Assembly (NCBI GenBank): GCA_041739995.1
Contig: JBGSMV010000059.1
Location: forward strand, 90,429 to 154,428
DNA from: Bdellovibrionota bacterium
GTDB taxonomy: Bacteria > Bdellovibrionota_C > UBA2361 > JBGSMV01
Direction: 5' to 3'
Length of the DNA: 64,000 nucleotides
The notes below the pieces were generated by a model. The model was not told where the DNA came from. It did not search any database and saw only the letters and a list, made by a program, of their open reading frames with translations. Of this stretch, positions 1-11,181 are shown piece after piece; the stretch's first letter is position 1; each line of letters opens with the position of its first letter. The translations under genes and the position numbers were made by a program.

Positions 1-287
1 GCTTTGGCTCTTTCGACCGCGAGCAGCGCAAAGAGCTGCTCTAACAAAGACGATTTCTTGGAGGGGTCACTAGAATCTGGAATCGGAGTGTCTCTCGCCT
101 TGGCGAGGTCAATGACCACAATGCGGGCCTGTGCAAGCATAGAGGGCAAATCCTCAACTCTTCGCATGCGTCGCAGAGACAGTTTTGTTCCAGACTGAGC
201 CGCAAAGTTCGCTAGTGCGGGCTCAATGCGACCTGCTGAGAGCAAGTCACAGCCAATAGTAATTACGAATTCTTCCGGATTGTTCAT
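1..287 (-). CDS. Hypothetical protein, possibly a degenerate receiver-like domain; 3' end runs off the window
   Basis: Not in the ORF track. ATG at 287-285 overlaps the TGA of the upstream regulator (ATGA coupling). The frame is open to base 1: [25 protein letters not shown]...ARIVVIDLAK. Confidence 0.6.
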   Translation of the reverse strand, partial: MNNPEEFVITIGCDLLSAGRIEPALANFAAQSGTKLSLRRMRRVEDLPSMLAQARIVVIDLAKARDTPIPDSSDPSKKSSLLEQLFALLAVERAK

Positions 288-1705
288 TGCGCCTGCTCGA
301 TTGGGTCTTCAAGAGCGTACTCTTGAACCTTGGCAATCAAATTACTTCGAGATATTCCTAAACTTCGTGCAGCCTCACTCTTATTTCCTCCGGCCTGCTT
401 AAGAGCTTGAGTAATGAAATCCCGCTCGAGATCGGCCAGCGCATCCTTGAGTGCTCCAACGGTAGCTGAGCCATGAGAGGGAGAACTTCGGTTCTCGACC
501 GAGCGTACCGCTTTAGAAAGGTCATCAACCCCAAGCGGGGAACTCGAGCTACTCATGATACACATGCGCTCTAGCTCGCTCTGAAGCTCTCGAACATTTC
601 CTGGCCACGAATAGGAACACAGTGCGGCAATCGCCTGCTCGGTCAATTGCTTTTCTCCCTTGCCCGCACGTACGCGCTGAGAAAGGAAGTACTGAACCAA
701 AAGCGGAATATCTGACTGGCGGTCGCGAAGCGCTGGAATCTCAATGCCAACTACGTGCAAGCGGTAATATAGATCTTGTCGAAAGGTCCCGACACGAACC
801 ATTTCTGCCAGGTTACGATGAGTGGCGGTGATAACGCGCACGCTGGTCTTTCGATGCTGGGTGGCACCTACGGGGGTGAATGTGCCGTCTTGGAGAACTC
901 GAAGCAACTTGGCCTGAAGCGCAGGAGACATTTCCCCTACTTCGTCCAGAAACAGACTTCCACCATTGGCAGCCTCGAACAATCCGACGCGATCACGTAG
1001 GGCTCCAGTAAATGCCCCCTTCACATGCCCAAACAGCTCAGACTCCAAAAGCTGCTCATTGAGAGCTGCGCAATTCTGAATGATGAATACCTGGTCACGT
1101 CTGACGCTTTGGTAGTGCAAAGCTGCGGCCACCAGCTCCTTTCCGGTCCCCGATTCGCCGGTTATCAAAACGGGAACATCGGCGTCCTTGACCTTCTCGA
1201 TTAGGTTAAACACTGCTTGCATCGCTGCAGAGCGTCCGATGATATTTGCGTAGTCTGTTCGTTGCTCAGCCACACGACGGAGCGCCGTGTTCTGATCTTC
1301 TAGAGTGTGAAGCTGTTGATAAAGGGAGCGAATGCGAAGCGCTGCGGCCACCCGCGCCAGCAGCTCCTCTTTTGAATATGGCTTTTTAATGTAGTCGTCA
1401 GCCCCTTGGTCGAGTCCGAATACCACGTCATCGAGAGAGTCCTTGGCGGTCAGAAGTACCACGGTGCAGAACTTTAGCTGAGGATCGCTTTTGATCGCTC
1501 TGGTTACCTCGTAACCATCAGGCTCTGGCATGTTCACATCAAGCAGCACCAAATCGGGATGCTCAGCATGCGCTTGCGCCAGTGCTTCTGTTCCGTTTGT
1601 GGCAGTGAAGACTTCGTAGCCCGCGCCCACCAGCAGCGTCTCAAGGGCGAACAACCCATCAGTTGAGTCGTCTACCGCGAGCACTTTTCGAGAGGGGCCA
1701 ACCAT
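284..1705 (-). CDS. Sigma-54-dependent (NtrC-family) response regulator
   Basis: Receiver domain (VDD, LLDVNMP), AAA+ domain with GESGTGKE and GAFTGA, C-terminal Fis-type HTH ([13 protein letters not shown]). Confidence 0.95.
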   Translation of the reverse strand: MVGPSRKVLAVDDSTDGLFALETLLVGAGYEVFTATNGTEALAQAHAEHPDLVLLDVNMPEPDGYEVTRAIKSDPQLKFCTVVLLTAKDSLDDVVFGLDQGADDYIKKPYSKEELLARVAAALRIRSLYQQLHTLEDQNTALRRVAEQRTDYANIIGRSAAMQAVFNLIEKVKDADVPVLITGESGTGKELVAAALHYQSVRRDQVFIIQNCAALNEQLLESELFGHVKGAFTGALRDRVGLFEAANGGSLFLDEVGEMSPALQAKLLRVLQDGTFTPVGATQHRKTSVRVITATHRNLAEMVRVGTFRQDLYYRLHVVGIEIPALRDRQSDIPLLVQYFLSQRVRAGKGEKQLTEQAIAALCSYSWPGNVRELQSELERMCIMSSSSSPLGVDDLSKAVRSVENRSSPSHGSATVGALKDALADLERDFITQALKQAGGNKSEAARSLGISRSNLIAKVQEYALEDPIEQAQ

Positions 1706-1720
1706 GCGCTACCTCTTCGC

Positions 1721-3430
1721 TCAACCGCCCTTCATGGAGTCAATGAACTCTTTATTGGTCTTGGTGCCGTCGAGCTTACTCAATAGCCATTCCATTGCTT
1801 CAACTGTGTTCGATTCGGACAAGAGCTTCCTGAGCAGACGAACCTTGGTGAGGACGTCCGGCTTTAGTAGCAGTTCTTCCTTTCGAGTACCTGATTTATT
1901 CAGGTCGATCGAAGGGAACACTCTTCTGTCGGCAAGTTTACGATCGAGTACGAGCTCCATGTTACCGGTGCCCTTAAATTCTTCAAAAATAACCTCGTCC
2001 ATTCGGGATCCGGTCTCGATCAGAGCAGTACCGATGATGGTCAAGCTGCCACCCTCTTCGACGTTTCGTGCCGCTCCAAAGAAGCGCTTTGGCTTGTGAA
2101 GTGCGTTTGAATCAACACCACCAGAGAGAATCTTTCCGCTCGGTGGTACCACCGTGTTGTAAGCACGGGCGAGACGAGTAATGGAGTCAAGTAAGATGAC
2201 TACGTCGCGCTTATGCTCGACCAGTCGTCTGGCCTTCTCGATAACCATCTCAGCAACTTGTACGTGACGAGTTGCAGGTTCATCGAAGGTTGAGCTGACC
2301 ACTTCGCCCTTTACCGAGCGCTGCATGTCGGTAACCTCTTCTGGTCGCTCGTCGATAAGCAACACAATCAGCACAACTTCTTTGTGGTTTTCGGTGATGG
2401 CGTTAGCGATATTCTGAAGCAGTACGGTTTTACCCGTACGAGGAGGAGCAACGATTAGCCCTCGTTGTCCTTTTCCAATCGGAGAGAATAGATCGATGAT
2501 TCTTGTCGAAACATCAACTTTCTTGGTCTCTAGATTCAGTTTCTCTGCAGGATATAGCGCCGTGAGATTGTCAAAGTGCAGCTTGGTCTTGATTACCTCC
2601 AAGCTGTCATGATTGACGGAGTTCACTTTTAGAAGTGCAAAGTAGCGCTCGCCTTCCTTCTCGCGTGGCGGTCTAACCTGCCCCTCGACGGTGTCGCCGG
2701 TTTTTAGTCCGAAGCGACGGATCTGAGCGGGACTGACATAGATGTCATCAGAGCCGGGTAAATAGTTGAAGTCAGGAGATCGTAGGAACCCGAATCCATC
2801 AGGCAGACATTCAAGCACGCCCTCAGCGTAGATACTGCCGTTAGACTCTGCCTGAGCGGTCAACAACTGAAATATCAGGTCCTGGCGACGTAAGCCGCTG
2901 GAACCTTCAATCTCAAATTCATTCGCGAGTTTCACCAGCTCCTCATTCTTGAGTCGCTTGAGTTCATTAAGGTTCATGTCCATTCCGTTCGAAGCGCGTC
3001 GACTCGGGTCAACGCGAGTGTTTTCACCGTCAAGATCGCCTCCGCTCTGCCCCTCAGGCAAGCCCTCAGTTGCTGAAGCCTGTCGAGGTGCCGAGGGTTC
3101 ATTCCCTTCCATAGGGTCTCCACCGAACTCCTCATCGCGAGGCAGTCCTTGTCGGGAAATGGGAGTGCGTGAATCAGAATTACGGTAGGGAGCAGGCGCT
3201 CTGGAATTCGCCTCGAGTTCCGGCCGATCGCGCGAATCGCCACCTCGTCCGCCTCGCCCTGCGCTCATGCGAGAACCGCTTCCACGTGCGGGACCGTCGT
3301 CACGATAGCTATCCTGTCGAGCCGGTGGACGACCACCAGACCTAGGTCCACTCGCGCTAGATGGGCGAGGGCGACGAGGCCCCCCGCTACGTGAAGAACC
3401 ACCACGGGAATCAGAAGTAGAAGACGTCAT
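1721..3430 (-). CDS. rho: Transcription termination factor Rho with long disordered N-terminal extension
   Basis: [66 protein letters not shown]. Confidence 0.98.
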   Translation of the reverse strand: MTSSTSDSRGGSSRSGGPRRPRPSSASGPRSGGRPPARQDSYRDDGPARGSGSRMSAGRGGRGGDSRDRPELEANSRAPAPYRNSDSRTPISRQGLPRDEEFGGDPMEGNEPSAPRQASATEGLPEGQSGGDLDGENTRVDPSRRASNGMDMNLNELKRLKNEELVKLANEFEIEGSSGLRRQDLIFQLLTAQAESNGSIYAEGVLECLPDGFGFLRSPDFNYLPGSDDIYVSPAQIRRFGLKTGDTVEGQVRPPREKEGERYFALLKVNSVNHDSLEVIKTKLHFDNLTALYPAEKLNLETKKVDVSTRIIDLFSPIGKGQRGLIVAPPRTGKTVLLQNIANAITENHKEVVLIVLLIDERPEEVTDMQRSVKGEVVSSTFDEPATRHVQVAEMVIEKARRLVEHKRDVVILLDSITRLARAYNTVVPPSGKILSGGVDSNALHKPKRFFGAARNVEEGGSLTIIGTALIETGSRMDEVIFEEFKGTGNMELVLDRKLADRRVFPSIDLNKSGTRKEELLLKPDVLTKVRLLRKLLSESNTVEAMEWLLSKLDGTKTNKEFIDSMKGG

Positions 3431-3790
3431 TGAGGACCCTTACAACAATCAAATTTAGATACAGTAATTAAAAAATTGGCCAGATGCGGGTGTGAGAAGC
3501 GCTACCGGAGTCGGGAATACTAAGCAAAGCCTTCTTAGGTGACCTCGGAATGAGGCGCTTGAATATACAAACGATGCGTTCAAGTTATGTTCTCATTCGT
3601 GATGAATGCTCTTCTTGGACCTGCTCTTCTGCCGCTCAGCAGGAGCTCTCCAACAAGTAACTAGACATTCTGGCGATACCAGCCAATTAACCCAAATTCG
3701 CGCACGTCGACAGGCACAACAAAAGGCCCATTTCCGTTCCGCTTCTTTTTTAGCAACTTTTCCCCGCCGGCAGTTAGGAGAACAAAATAC

Positions 3791-3821
3791 ACAAGTTACA
3801 GAATTGATTAACAAGTTACAG
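3791..3821. repeat. Direct repeat ACAAGTTACAG x2 with 20-bp period, upstream of rho
   Basis: Exact 11-mers at 3791-3801 and 3811-3821. Confidence 0.6.
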
Positions 3822-4144
3822 CGTGATTTCGCAGGTTCGTAAATGCCGGATTCGATCTCAGGGACTGCGGGGACTGCGCGATGGACTGTCTTTAAAGGCT
3901 ATATCTTACCGCGCCTCCTCGTCAAGCATCAAAACACCTACTTCTGCCAACAAATCTATCATTCTACGACGATAACCCCCTACAGACACGAGGGTTCTCC
4001 CCCCTTCGAGAAATTGGTGTTTGGTGCCACCTAAATCCCAAGGCCAACACCCTGAGAGTCTTTCGCAGTGATGCACACCCGACCAGATTTGAACGCTCGC
4101 AGATTCAACCAGTCACCAATTCAACACCGGCATTGCTCCAAGCT

Positions 4145-4864
4145 TTACACCAGGCGTTGAGGGGCTTTAATTCCCCTATCCTGCAGAGACCGAGCCTCCG
4201 CAGACCGAACATAGAACGGCTCAGTTTCTGAAATCTCTATAGCGGAGCTGGCATGACGAACTCCGAAAGAGTCAACCGGCGAGGCATCCGAGAAAATCTC
4301 ACAAAACCCAATCGCCGCACCTTCAGAATCCGAAACCGCCGAGGGGGGAAGCTCCTGGTCGGGCTCGCCGGTGCTTACCCAATACGCTGACTGTGCGGAA
4401 TGCAGCGCATAAAAAGCAGTGTCTCCCAGATCTCCAATGCGATGAATGAACGGAGGTGTCAACACTGCGGGCCAGCGCGGCCCGGATATCTCTGTGATAA
4501 ACAGCAACCCAGTTCCCGCTGGAGAAACCACCACTACCGACTCTGCATCTGTGCGGTAGCGCCAGGCCGTACCAATGGGGCTCAGAATGACCCACAACGG
4601 GCACTTATTTGCCCATGCAAGCCCCTTGGCGAATGAAAGCGCAATGCGGATTCCGGTAAAGGAACCTGGCCCGCCACCTACGATTATCTTAGTGACTGAA
4701 CAAAGCGTAGCACCGGCTTCTGACAGTACTTCGCCCAGAACCACGCTGAATTTTTCGTCATGGCTTTGCTGCGCGCGAATACAGCGAGCAACCCGGGCGC
4801 CACTAGCCGTCTCGCACGCGAAACTTAAAAGCGGTCCGGCGCAGTCAATCGAAAGGGTCGTCAT
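4145..4864 (-). CDS. tsaB: tRNA threonylcarbamoyladenosine biosynthesis protein TsaB
   Basis: N-terminal LSIDC and GGGPGSFTGIRIALSFAKGLA motifs; C-terminal EPFYVR. Confidence 0.88.
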   Translation of the reverse strand: MTTLSIDCAGPLLSFACETASGARVARCIRAQQSHDEKFSVVLGEVLSEAGATLCSVTKIIVGGGPGSFTGIRIALSFAKGLAWANKCPLWVILSPIGTAWRYRTDAESVVVVSPAGTGLLFITEISGPRWPAVLTPPFIHRIGDLGDTAFYALHSAQSAYWVSTGEPDQELPPSAVSDSEGAAIGFCEIFSDASPVDSFGVRHASSAIEISETEPFYVRSAEARSLQDRGIKAPQRLV

Positions 4865-4907
4865 CTCAAGTCGCTCATTCGAAACTTTATAAGAGCAAGA
4901 GATCCGC

Positions 4908-6236
4908 TCAGAGCAGCAGACGCATCAGGTCATTCGAAATGGCAAACAGCATTAAGCACAGCAGCAGGGTTAGCCCCACCTGATTTGCAAGCGCGAGCCA
5001 GCGAACACTCAATGGTTTTCCTCGAATTGCCTCAATCAGAAAAAATGCGAGATGACCACCGTCAAGAACAGGGACTGGCAGCAGGTTAAAAATTGCTAAG
5101 CTGACGCTCAACAATACAAGAAAACTCAGCACTGACTCAAAACCCTGAGCCGCGCTTTGCGCCGCACCAGCGAAAACCGCTACCGGTCCGCCAATGGTCT
5201 GAGTGGGACTAATGACGCCGGCGAACATTGCACCGAACATCTTACCCGTAAGCTCGATTATCGCCCATACATGCCGAAAGCCTAGTGGTACCGCCTCGAA
5301 GAAGCTTACTGGCTCACTTACGGTGGCCTGCGCGATTCCGATGCGATATGGACGTGCGTTGGGGTCTTTGTCGTAGGTTCCGTCAAGCACGTTGAGCTCA
5401 GTATTATCCGAGGTTCCAGTCACCAAGATTTCTATTTGCTGTCTTTCGCTTGCACCTTCGTTGGTACCGCTGCTGGAGCCCTCGATAGCCGCACTCTCCA
5501 CCGCCCTGTCAACAACGATGGTGAGCGGAGCCCCCGCAGAACCTCGCACCGTTTCTGCGAGATTTATCCAAGAGACCACTTCCGTGCCATTGACTGAGAG
5601 CACTCGATCTCCGGCCTGTATTCCTGCAAGCGCGGCTGGTAGCTTAGGAGTCACGTGTCCAATGATGGGATCGGAAACCGGTGAGGGAATGCCGAATGAC
5701 CAGGCCGCGGCTATGGCAATCAATACCGCAAATATCAAGTTGAAGGCTGGTCCCGCCAGCACTACTGCGACCTTCTCCGGAAGCGTTTGATTTAGAAAAT
5801 GCCGACTTGGATCAACTTTCAGATCTGCGGGCACAGCTTCGGTTCCCGCGAAAAGGCGTTCGCCTAGAGCAGCACCACCAGCGCTGTCAGAAGATTTATC
5901 AGCGCTCGACTCTCCCGACGAGACATCCGAGCCCGCTTCTTCCTTTGGCGCCTTGGTGGTGGAAGCTTTGGACTGCTCAGCTAGGTTAGCCTGCTCAAAC
6001 GGATCGTCGCCGAGCATTTTTACATATCCACCAAGAGGAATGAGTCTTAAGTTATAGGTGGTCTCCCCTATGCGCTTTTTGAACAAGACTTTTCCGAATC
6101 CTACCGAGAAATCTAAGACGCACACGCGGCACATCTTTGCGACCAAGAAATGCCCAAGCTCGTGCACAAATACGAGCACACTCAAGGTCAAGATTGACAT
6201 TACCGCTGAGTAAGAGACGCCAAATATTTCAGTCAC
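4908..6236 (-). CDS. rseP: RIP metalloprotease RseP (M50 family, PDZ domain)
   Basis: HELGH, AGPAFN, PDZ domain, NLLPVPVLDGGH; conserved position after dxr. Confidence 0.95.
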   Translation of the reverse strand: MTEIFGVSYSAVMSILTLSVLVFVHELGHFLVAKMCRVCVLDFSVGFGKVLFKKRIGETTYNLRLIPLGGYVKMLGDDPFEQANLAEQSKASTTKAPKEEAGSDVSSGESSADKSSDSAGGAALGERLFAGTEAVPADLKVDPSRHFLNQTLPEKVAVVLAGPAFNLIFAVLIAIAAAWSFGIPSPVSDPIIGHVTPKLPAALAGIQAGDRVLSVNGTEVVSWINLAETVRGSAGAPLTIVVDRAVESAAIEGSSSGTNEGASERQQIEILVTGTSDNTELNVLDGTYDKDPNARPYRIGIAQATVSEPVSFFEAVPLGFRHVWAIIELTGKMFGAMFAGVISPTQTIGGPVAVFAGAAQSAAQGFESVLSFLVLLSVSLAIFNLLPVPVLDGGHLAFFLIEAIRGKPLSVRWLALANQVGLTLLLCLMLFAISNDLMRLLL

Positions 6237-6331
6237 GAACCATCCTATAAAATTGCTGCGGCGCTATAAATTCTTCTCGCCACCAAACTCCGCCCATCCA
6301 TTGCCAAAACAAGTCAAAATATCAAACCGAT

Positions 6332-6421
6332 ATTGAGTACCACTCATTAGAACAACATTGAGTACCACTCATCAGAACAACATCGAGTACCACTCATCAG
6401 AACGAACCCGAGCACCACTCA
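6332..6421. repeat. Tandem 25-bp repeat (about 3.5 copies) overlapping the dxr 3' end; unit contains TGAGT-acc-ACTCA palindrome
   Basis: Units ATTGAGTACCACTCATTAGAACAAC (6332), ATTGAGTACCACTCATCAGAACAAC (6357), ATCGAGTACCACTCATCAGAACGAA (6382), partial CCCGAGCACCACTCA (6407). Confidence 0.9.
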
Positions 6422-7638
6422 GAAACCTTAGCGCGCACTTCACGGTCCACTTGATGCAATTCTGTAGGCGTCTTTGGAGCTGCGAACTGAAGCTCTTCCA
6501 GGGCACGCGACACCAAGGGAACAATACGGTCAAACGAAATCGCTCCTCTCAGGAAAGCATGTACAGCAACCTCGTTGGAAGAGTTTAATACCGCACAGGC
6601 TGCACCGCCAGCATCAAGCGCACCCCGAGCCAGCGCGATGGCAGGAAAACGCGCCCCTTCAACCTCCTCAAAGACCAAATTTTCAAGCTGCGGCAGGGAA
6701 AGCGAGGGGATCAGGTCAGGAATGCTCTCAGGGAAGCACAGCGCCGAACCGATTGGCCCCGACATATCTGCAGAAGAGGCATGCATAATGGTGGAACCGT
6801 CATGCATCTCAAGCATGCCGTGCACCAGGCTTTGGGGGTGAATAAGGACCTTTACTCGCTGATGCTCAACCCCAAACAGCCACACGGCTTCAATCAGCTC
6901 TAAAGCCTTGTTCATCATGGTGGCGCTATCGATCGATATCTTGGCACCCATGGACCAGCGCGGGTGCTTTACGGCGTCGGCGATCGATACTTCTTTCAGT
7001 GTATTCACGGCACGACGTAAAAAAGGCCCACCTGAGGCCGTAAGCACCAAGTGCTTGACCTGGTCAAAGCGAACATTTCTAAGAAGTGAAAACAGCGCAG
7101 CATGCTCGCTATCTACAGGAATGAGCGTTCCGCCGAAGCGCTCAAGGGATTCCTGCACCAAGGCACCGCCCGCCACCAAGCTCTCCTTATTGGCAAGTGC
7201 TACGCGTTTTCCGGCATTAAGAGCCGCCAGGACCGAGTGCAGTCCAGCCATGCCCATGGCTGCTGCCAAAACCACATCAACGTCGCTCCTGGTTACGAGC
7301 TTTGTTACCGATTCTGGTCCAGCTTCAAGTGAAAGTCTCGAGGCAGGCAGGTCTTCCGACGAAAGCTTTGCCAAAAACGTAGAATATGCAGATTTCAGCG
7401 CTGCGTAAGACGACTCTTCACTTAGTACGACCGAGTTCGCCCCACAACGCCGAGCGGCCTCAAGCAATGGATCCGCACGCTCGCGTCCCACAACACCTAT
7501 GATTTTGAGGCGCTCCGGAAAGCGCTCGGCCAGGGTCACGGCAGTGGTGCCGATGGAGCCAGTAGCACCTACTACCACGACAGAAACAGGACCAGAGCGC
7601 GCACGAGGTGCGGCGCCGATGCAGGAGGGAACCAACAT
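6397..7638 (-). CDS. dxr: 1-deoxy-D-xylulose-5-phosphate reductoisomerase
   Basis: GATGSIG, LANKESLV, PVDSEH, LTASGGPF, HPRWSMGAKISIDSATMMNK. Confidence 0.97.
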   Translation of the reverse strand: MLVPSCIGAAPRARSGPVSVVVVGATGSIGTTAVTLAERFPERLKIIGVVGRERADPLLEAARRCGANSVVLSEESSYAALKSAYSTFLAKLSSEDLPASRLSLEAGPESVTKLVTRSDVDVVLAAAMGMAGLHSVLAALNAGKRVALANKESLVAGGALVQESLERFGGTLIPVDSEHAALFSLLRNVRFDQVKHLVLTASGGPFLRRAVNTLKEVSIADAVKHPRWSMGAKISIDSATMMNKALELIEAVWLFGVEHQRVKVLIHPQSLVHGMLEMHDGSTIMHASSADMSGPIGSALCFPESIPDLIPSLSLPQLENLVFEEVEGARFPAIALARGALDAGGAACAVLNSSNEVAVHAFLRGAISFDRIVPLVSRALEELQFAAPKTPTELHQVDREVRAKVSEWCSGSF

Positions 7639-7655
7639 TTCAATACCCTCCCATC

Positions 7656-8606
7656 TTATTGGCCGCCGTACGCAACCAGCACAGCGAGCAGCAGACAGGA
7701 TGCGCTTAAGATTCCGTCACAGCGGTCGTAGATACCACCATGCCCCGGCAAGATTGCGCCGCTATCCTTAACGCCCGCAGAGCGCTTTAGTGTGGATTTC
7801 AAAAGATCTCCGAGCTGGGCAATCACCGCCACCAGCGCCCCTAAAAAAAGCAACCCAAGGGTCGAGGCCTGAGGAACGAATAGAATGCCATAGACAAGGC
7901 TGGTCAAAACGCTCACGCACAAGCCGCCTCCTGCTCCGCTCCAGGTCTTCCCAGGAGAAACAGCCGGTAAGAGTTTTGGTCCTCCAACCGAAGACCCCAC
8001 CAGATAAGCAGCGATATCTCCCAATGCCACGACAAGCACTAAGTAGCCGAACCATACCACGCCCTGAGAAAGGCAGAGGATCGCGAAAACTGCAGCGCAT
8101 CCCGCACCGACGTGAAGTACTCCGACCAGAGAGCCTCCCAAACCTCTAAGAATTCGATCTGGAGATCCCATGGTCCAAAGTGATCGAACCGACAATGCGC
8201 TGACTGCGAGCACCAAGCCTGCCAGCATTGCTCCTAGTACCGAACTCGGGCTCAAATTTTTGCTCAGTGCAACCGACGAAGTGATGCTCTGCGCGTTAAG
8301 AACTTCGCTTGGATGGTCTGCAAGGGATACAGAGCAGAAGTGCCCCTGTGCGCCGGAAAAGACAAAGCACAGCGGTAAAAGGAGAGACAAAACCAAAAGC
8401 GCCTGCCCCAAGCGGGACTCATCCAAGATACGCGCGCACTCATAAGCGGCCAGCAGCGAGAGTGCTGCGATGATGCCCAGTAACAGAACCTTTCCTGAGC
8501 AGGTAAATTCAGCAGCAAGTACGAGGCCGGTGATGCATATGAAAAGCACCGCGCCTGTGAACACCCTGCGACGAAATTCCGGTCGGGAAAACAACTTGTC
8601 TGTCAT
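7656..8606 (-). CDS. cdsA: Phosphatidate cytidylyltransferase
   Basis: Multi-TM protein with SPGKTWSG, GDLLKSTLKRSAGVKDSG and PGHGGIYDRCD. Confidence 0.93.
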   Translation of the reverse strand: MTDKLFSRPEFRRRVFTGAVLFICITGLVLAAEFTCSGKVLLLGIIAALSLLAAYECARILDESRLGQALLVLSLLLPLCFVFSGAQGHFCSVSLADHPSEVLNAQSITSSVALSKNLSPSSVLGAMLAGLVLAVSALSVRSLWTMGSPDRILRGLGGSLVGVLHVGAGCAAVFAILCLSQGVVWFGYLVLVVALGDIAAYLVGSSVGGPKLLPAVSPGKTWSGAGGGLCVSVLTSLVYGILFVPQASTLGLLFLGALVAVIAQLGDLLKSTLKRSAGVKDSGAILPGHGGIYDRCDGILSASCLLLAVLVAYGGQ

Positions 8607-8639
8607 GAGACCTATTATTCATTAGGCGTTCATTAGGCA

Positions 8640-9623
8640 TTACGATGCGTGTGGCGAACCAGCACTACCGCTATTCGCGGAACCGAGAGACTCCCCGTCT
8701 TGGAAGCGGGGTCGAGCGTCGAGCGGTGCTGACTCAATCCTTTTACCAGATGAAGCCGAGCAGTTTTCCTCTCTCCGTTGCTCATCCGTCATGCCGAATC
8801 TTCTAGTTCTATTCGCATACTCTTGAAGACATCGCGCCAATTCCTCTTTGGAGAACTCAGGCCAATAGCTCTTGCTCACCACGAACTCCGCATATGCGAG
8901 TTGCCAAAGCAAGAAGTTAGAAATTCTGGATTCGTCTCCCGTACGCAATAGCAAGTCAGGATCGGGAATGTCCGGCGCAAACAAATACTTCTGCACAGAA
9001 GATTCATTTATGTCTTGAGGTGAGAGCTCGCCTTTGACGCATAGTTCGGCCAGCGTACGCGCACTTCTTGCAATCTCGTCTCTGCCGCCGTACGAGAGTG
9101 CCAATACAAGTTGCATCTCAGTTAGGTGCGCGGTCTCCGATTCGATTTTTGCGAGTGCCTTTTGCACATCTACGGGAAGTCGCTCTCTGGCACCGATAGC
9201 GCGCAAGCGAATTCCGTGTTTCAATAACAGATCGCGCTCTGAGTACACGTACTCGCAGAAAAGACGCATCAACCCAGACACTTCTTCCTGTGGACGCAGC
9301 CAATTCTCGGTCGAAAAACTAAACAAAGTGAGATATTGGATTCCAAGACGGCGGCACTCTTCCACTACCATTCGAACAGTCTTGGCTCCCGCGCGATGAC
9401 CCTCAAGCCGAGGCAGCCTCTGAGCCTTCGCCCAGCGCCCATTACCATCCATAATAATAGCGAGATGCCGCACTGCGGGAACACTTGCAGAGCCGATGCC
9501 TGCGTCAGGACTCGGGCCATGGCTGAGACCGTTGCTCAGGCCCTTTCTCAGGTCGTGGCTGGCTGTCAGTTCGGCTGACTGACTTACCGACTTGTTAAAT
9601 AGGGCGCTCCAAGGCCATCGCAC
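8640..9623 (-). CDS. uppS: Undecaprenyl diphosphate synthase (isoprenyl transferase); start uncertain
   Basis: HLAIIMDGNGRWA, FSTENWLRP, LSYGGRDEI, RISNFLLWQ. Confidence 0.96.
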   Translation of the reverse strand: MRWPWSALFNKSVSQSAELTASHDLRKGLSNGLSHGPSPDAGIGSASVPAVRHLAIIMDGNGRWAKAQRLPRLEGHRAGAKTVRMVVEECRRLGIQYLTLFSFSTENWLRPQEEVSGLMRLFCEYVYSERDLLLKHGIRLRAIGARERLPVDVQKALAKIESETAHLTEMQLVLALSYGGRDEIARSARTLAELCVKGELSPQDINESSVQKYLFAPDIPDPDLLLRTGDESRISNFLLWQLAYAEFVVSKSYWPEFSKEELARCLQEYANRTRRFGMTDEQRREENCSASSGKRIESAPLDARPRFQDGESLGSANSGSAGSPHAS

Positions 9624-9627
9624 AAAG

Positions 9628-10194
9628 CTAAACCTCCATCATCTCTTTCTCTTTCTGAGAGGCAAGCGTTTCTAACTCAGCGATGAACTTATCAGTGATC
9701 TTCTGTACTTCGTCTTGTCCGCGGCGCAAATCGTCAGTGGACATTTCCTTGGCCTTCTCACTCTTCTTCAACACTTCGAGTGCATCGCGGCGGTGATTGC
9801 GCATCCCGACCTTGTTCTCCTCAGCCAACTTATGCAGCTGCTTCACCATGTCACGACGACGCTCTTCTGTGAGAGGCGGAATATTGAGACGCAAAATGCT
9901 CCCGTCGCGCGAAGGGTTTAACCCAAGATTAGCTGCCTGGATTGCCTTCTCCACCGCCTCAACGGCCGCTCTGTCGTAAACTTGAATCATGAGCTGTCGC
10001 GGCTCAGGAGCGGAAATCATACCGAGCTGAATCAACGGAACCTGAGAGCCGTAGTACTCGACGGTGAGGCCTTCCAGAAGATTAGGAGAAGCGCGGCCAC
10101 TACGGAGACGCCCGCATTCCTTTTTAAAATGCTCGACGGTTTTAAGCCCCTTGTCCTTAAGGTCACCGAATGAATTGTCCATATGTACCCCCAA
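9628..10194 (-). CDS. frr: Ribosome recycling factor
   Basis: LRSGRASP, VEYYGS, IPPLTEERR, KEKEMMEV. Confidence 0.97.
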   Translation of the reverse strand: MGVHMDNSFGDLKDKGLKTVEHFKKECGRLRSGRASPNLLEGLTVEYYGSQVPLIQLGMISAPEPRQLMIQVYDRAAVEAVEKAIQAANLGLNPSRDGSILRLNIPPLTEERRRDMVKQLHKLAEENKVGMRNHRRDALEVLKKSEKAKEMSTDDLRRGQDEVQKITDKFIAELETLASQKEKEMMEV

Positions 10195-10223
10195 ATGATT
10201 TAGGCCGATGGTCGTAGAATCAG

Positions 10224-11039
10224 TTAGTTCTGAAGAGTTTGGATTTCTGCAGGCTGGGCATTGGATACCAAGGTGCCCACTTTTTCACCCTTCACAATTC
10301 GCACCAAATTCCCAGTCTTGCCCACATCAAACACAATAATAGGGAGCTCGTTCTCCTTGCAAAGCGAAATCGCGGCTGCGTCCATCACCTTAAGATCTCG
10401 CTGAAGTACGTCCATGAAAGTTAGGTGTGAAAACGGCTTGGCCTGTGGGTGCTTTTTTGGGTCCATGTCATACACGAAGTCGACTTTGGTGCCCTTAAGC
10501 AGCACGTCAGCACCAATTTCCATCGCGCGCAAAGCCGCGGCAGTGTCTGTGGTGAAGTAGGGATTTCCAGTTCCGCAGGCAAAGATAACTACCCGGCCCT
10601 TTTCAAGATGTCGCTGCGCCCTACGTCGGATGTATGGTTCTGCGATCTGTCGCATTTCAATGGCTGAGAGCACTCGCGTCTCCAGTCCCTGCTGTTCCAT
10701 CACGTCCTGCAAAGCGAGCGCGTTCATGGCGGTCGCCAACATGCCGATCTGGTCACCAGATGCGCGGTCAAGCCCCTGGGCTCCGGCCTGCACTCCGCGG
10801 AAGATATTTCCGCCGCCAATTACTACGCCGACTTCAACGCCGAGTGCTCTAATGTCAGCGATTTCTTTAGTGAGCGCTTGAATAACTTCTGCTTCGATCC
10901 CGTACCCGCGACTGCCACCGAGAATCTCACCACTAAGCTTCAACAACACTCTGCGAAACACTATGTCCTTGGGAAGGGACCGTGCGGGAGAATTCTTTTG
11001 GGGCTGAGAACTCTTTTCATTCATGTGTTCGGCTCTCAA
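10224..11039 (-). CDS. pyrH: UMP kinase (likely start at Met 11024)
   Basis: [32 protein letters not shown]. Confidence 0.97.
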   Translation of the reverse strand: MRAEHMNEKSSQPQKNSPARSLPKDIVFRRVLLKLSGEILGGSRGYGIEAEVIQALTKEIADIRALGVEVGVVIGGGNIFRGVQAGAQGLDRASGDQIGMLATAMNALALQDVMEQQGLETRVLSAIEMRQIAEPYIRRRAQRHLEKGRVVIFACGTGNPYFTTDTAAALRAMEIGADVLLKGTKVDFVYDMDPKKHPQAKPFSHLTFMDVLQRDLKVMDAAAISLCKENELPIIVFDVGKTGNLVRIVKGEKVGTLVSNAQPAEIQTLQN

Positions 11040-11181
11040 GTGGCAAGCTAAATTGCTTACGGGTTATCCCTGACTAAGTCACTCCATTGAAATCGGCAAA
11101 AAATCACTACTAGATCAACCCACCAGAAGCAGCTCCCAGAAAGGCTCTGAGGCAACCCTGGCAGTACGGTCTAAGGATTCC

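Noticed and set aside
6332..6421. Possible CRISPR array
   Set aside because: The units are head-to-tail 25-mers with no unique spacers, the array derives from the dxr coding end, and there are no cas genes.
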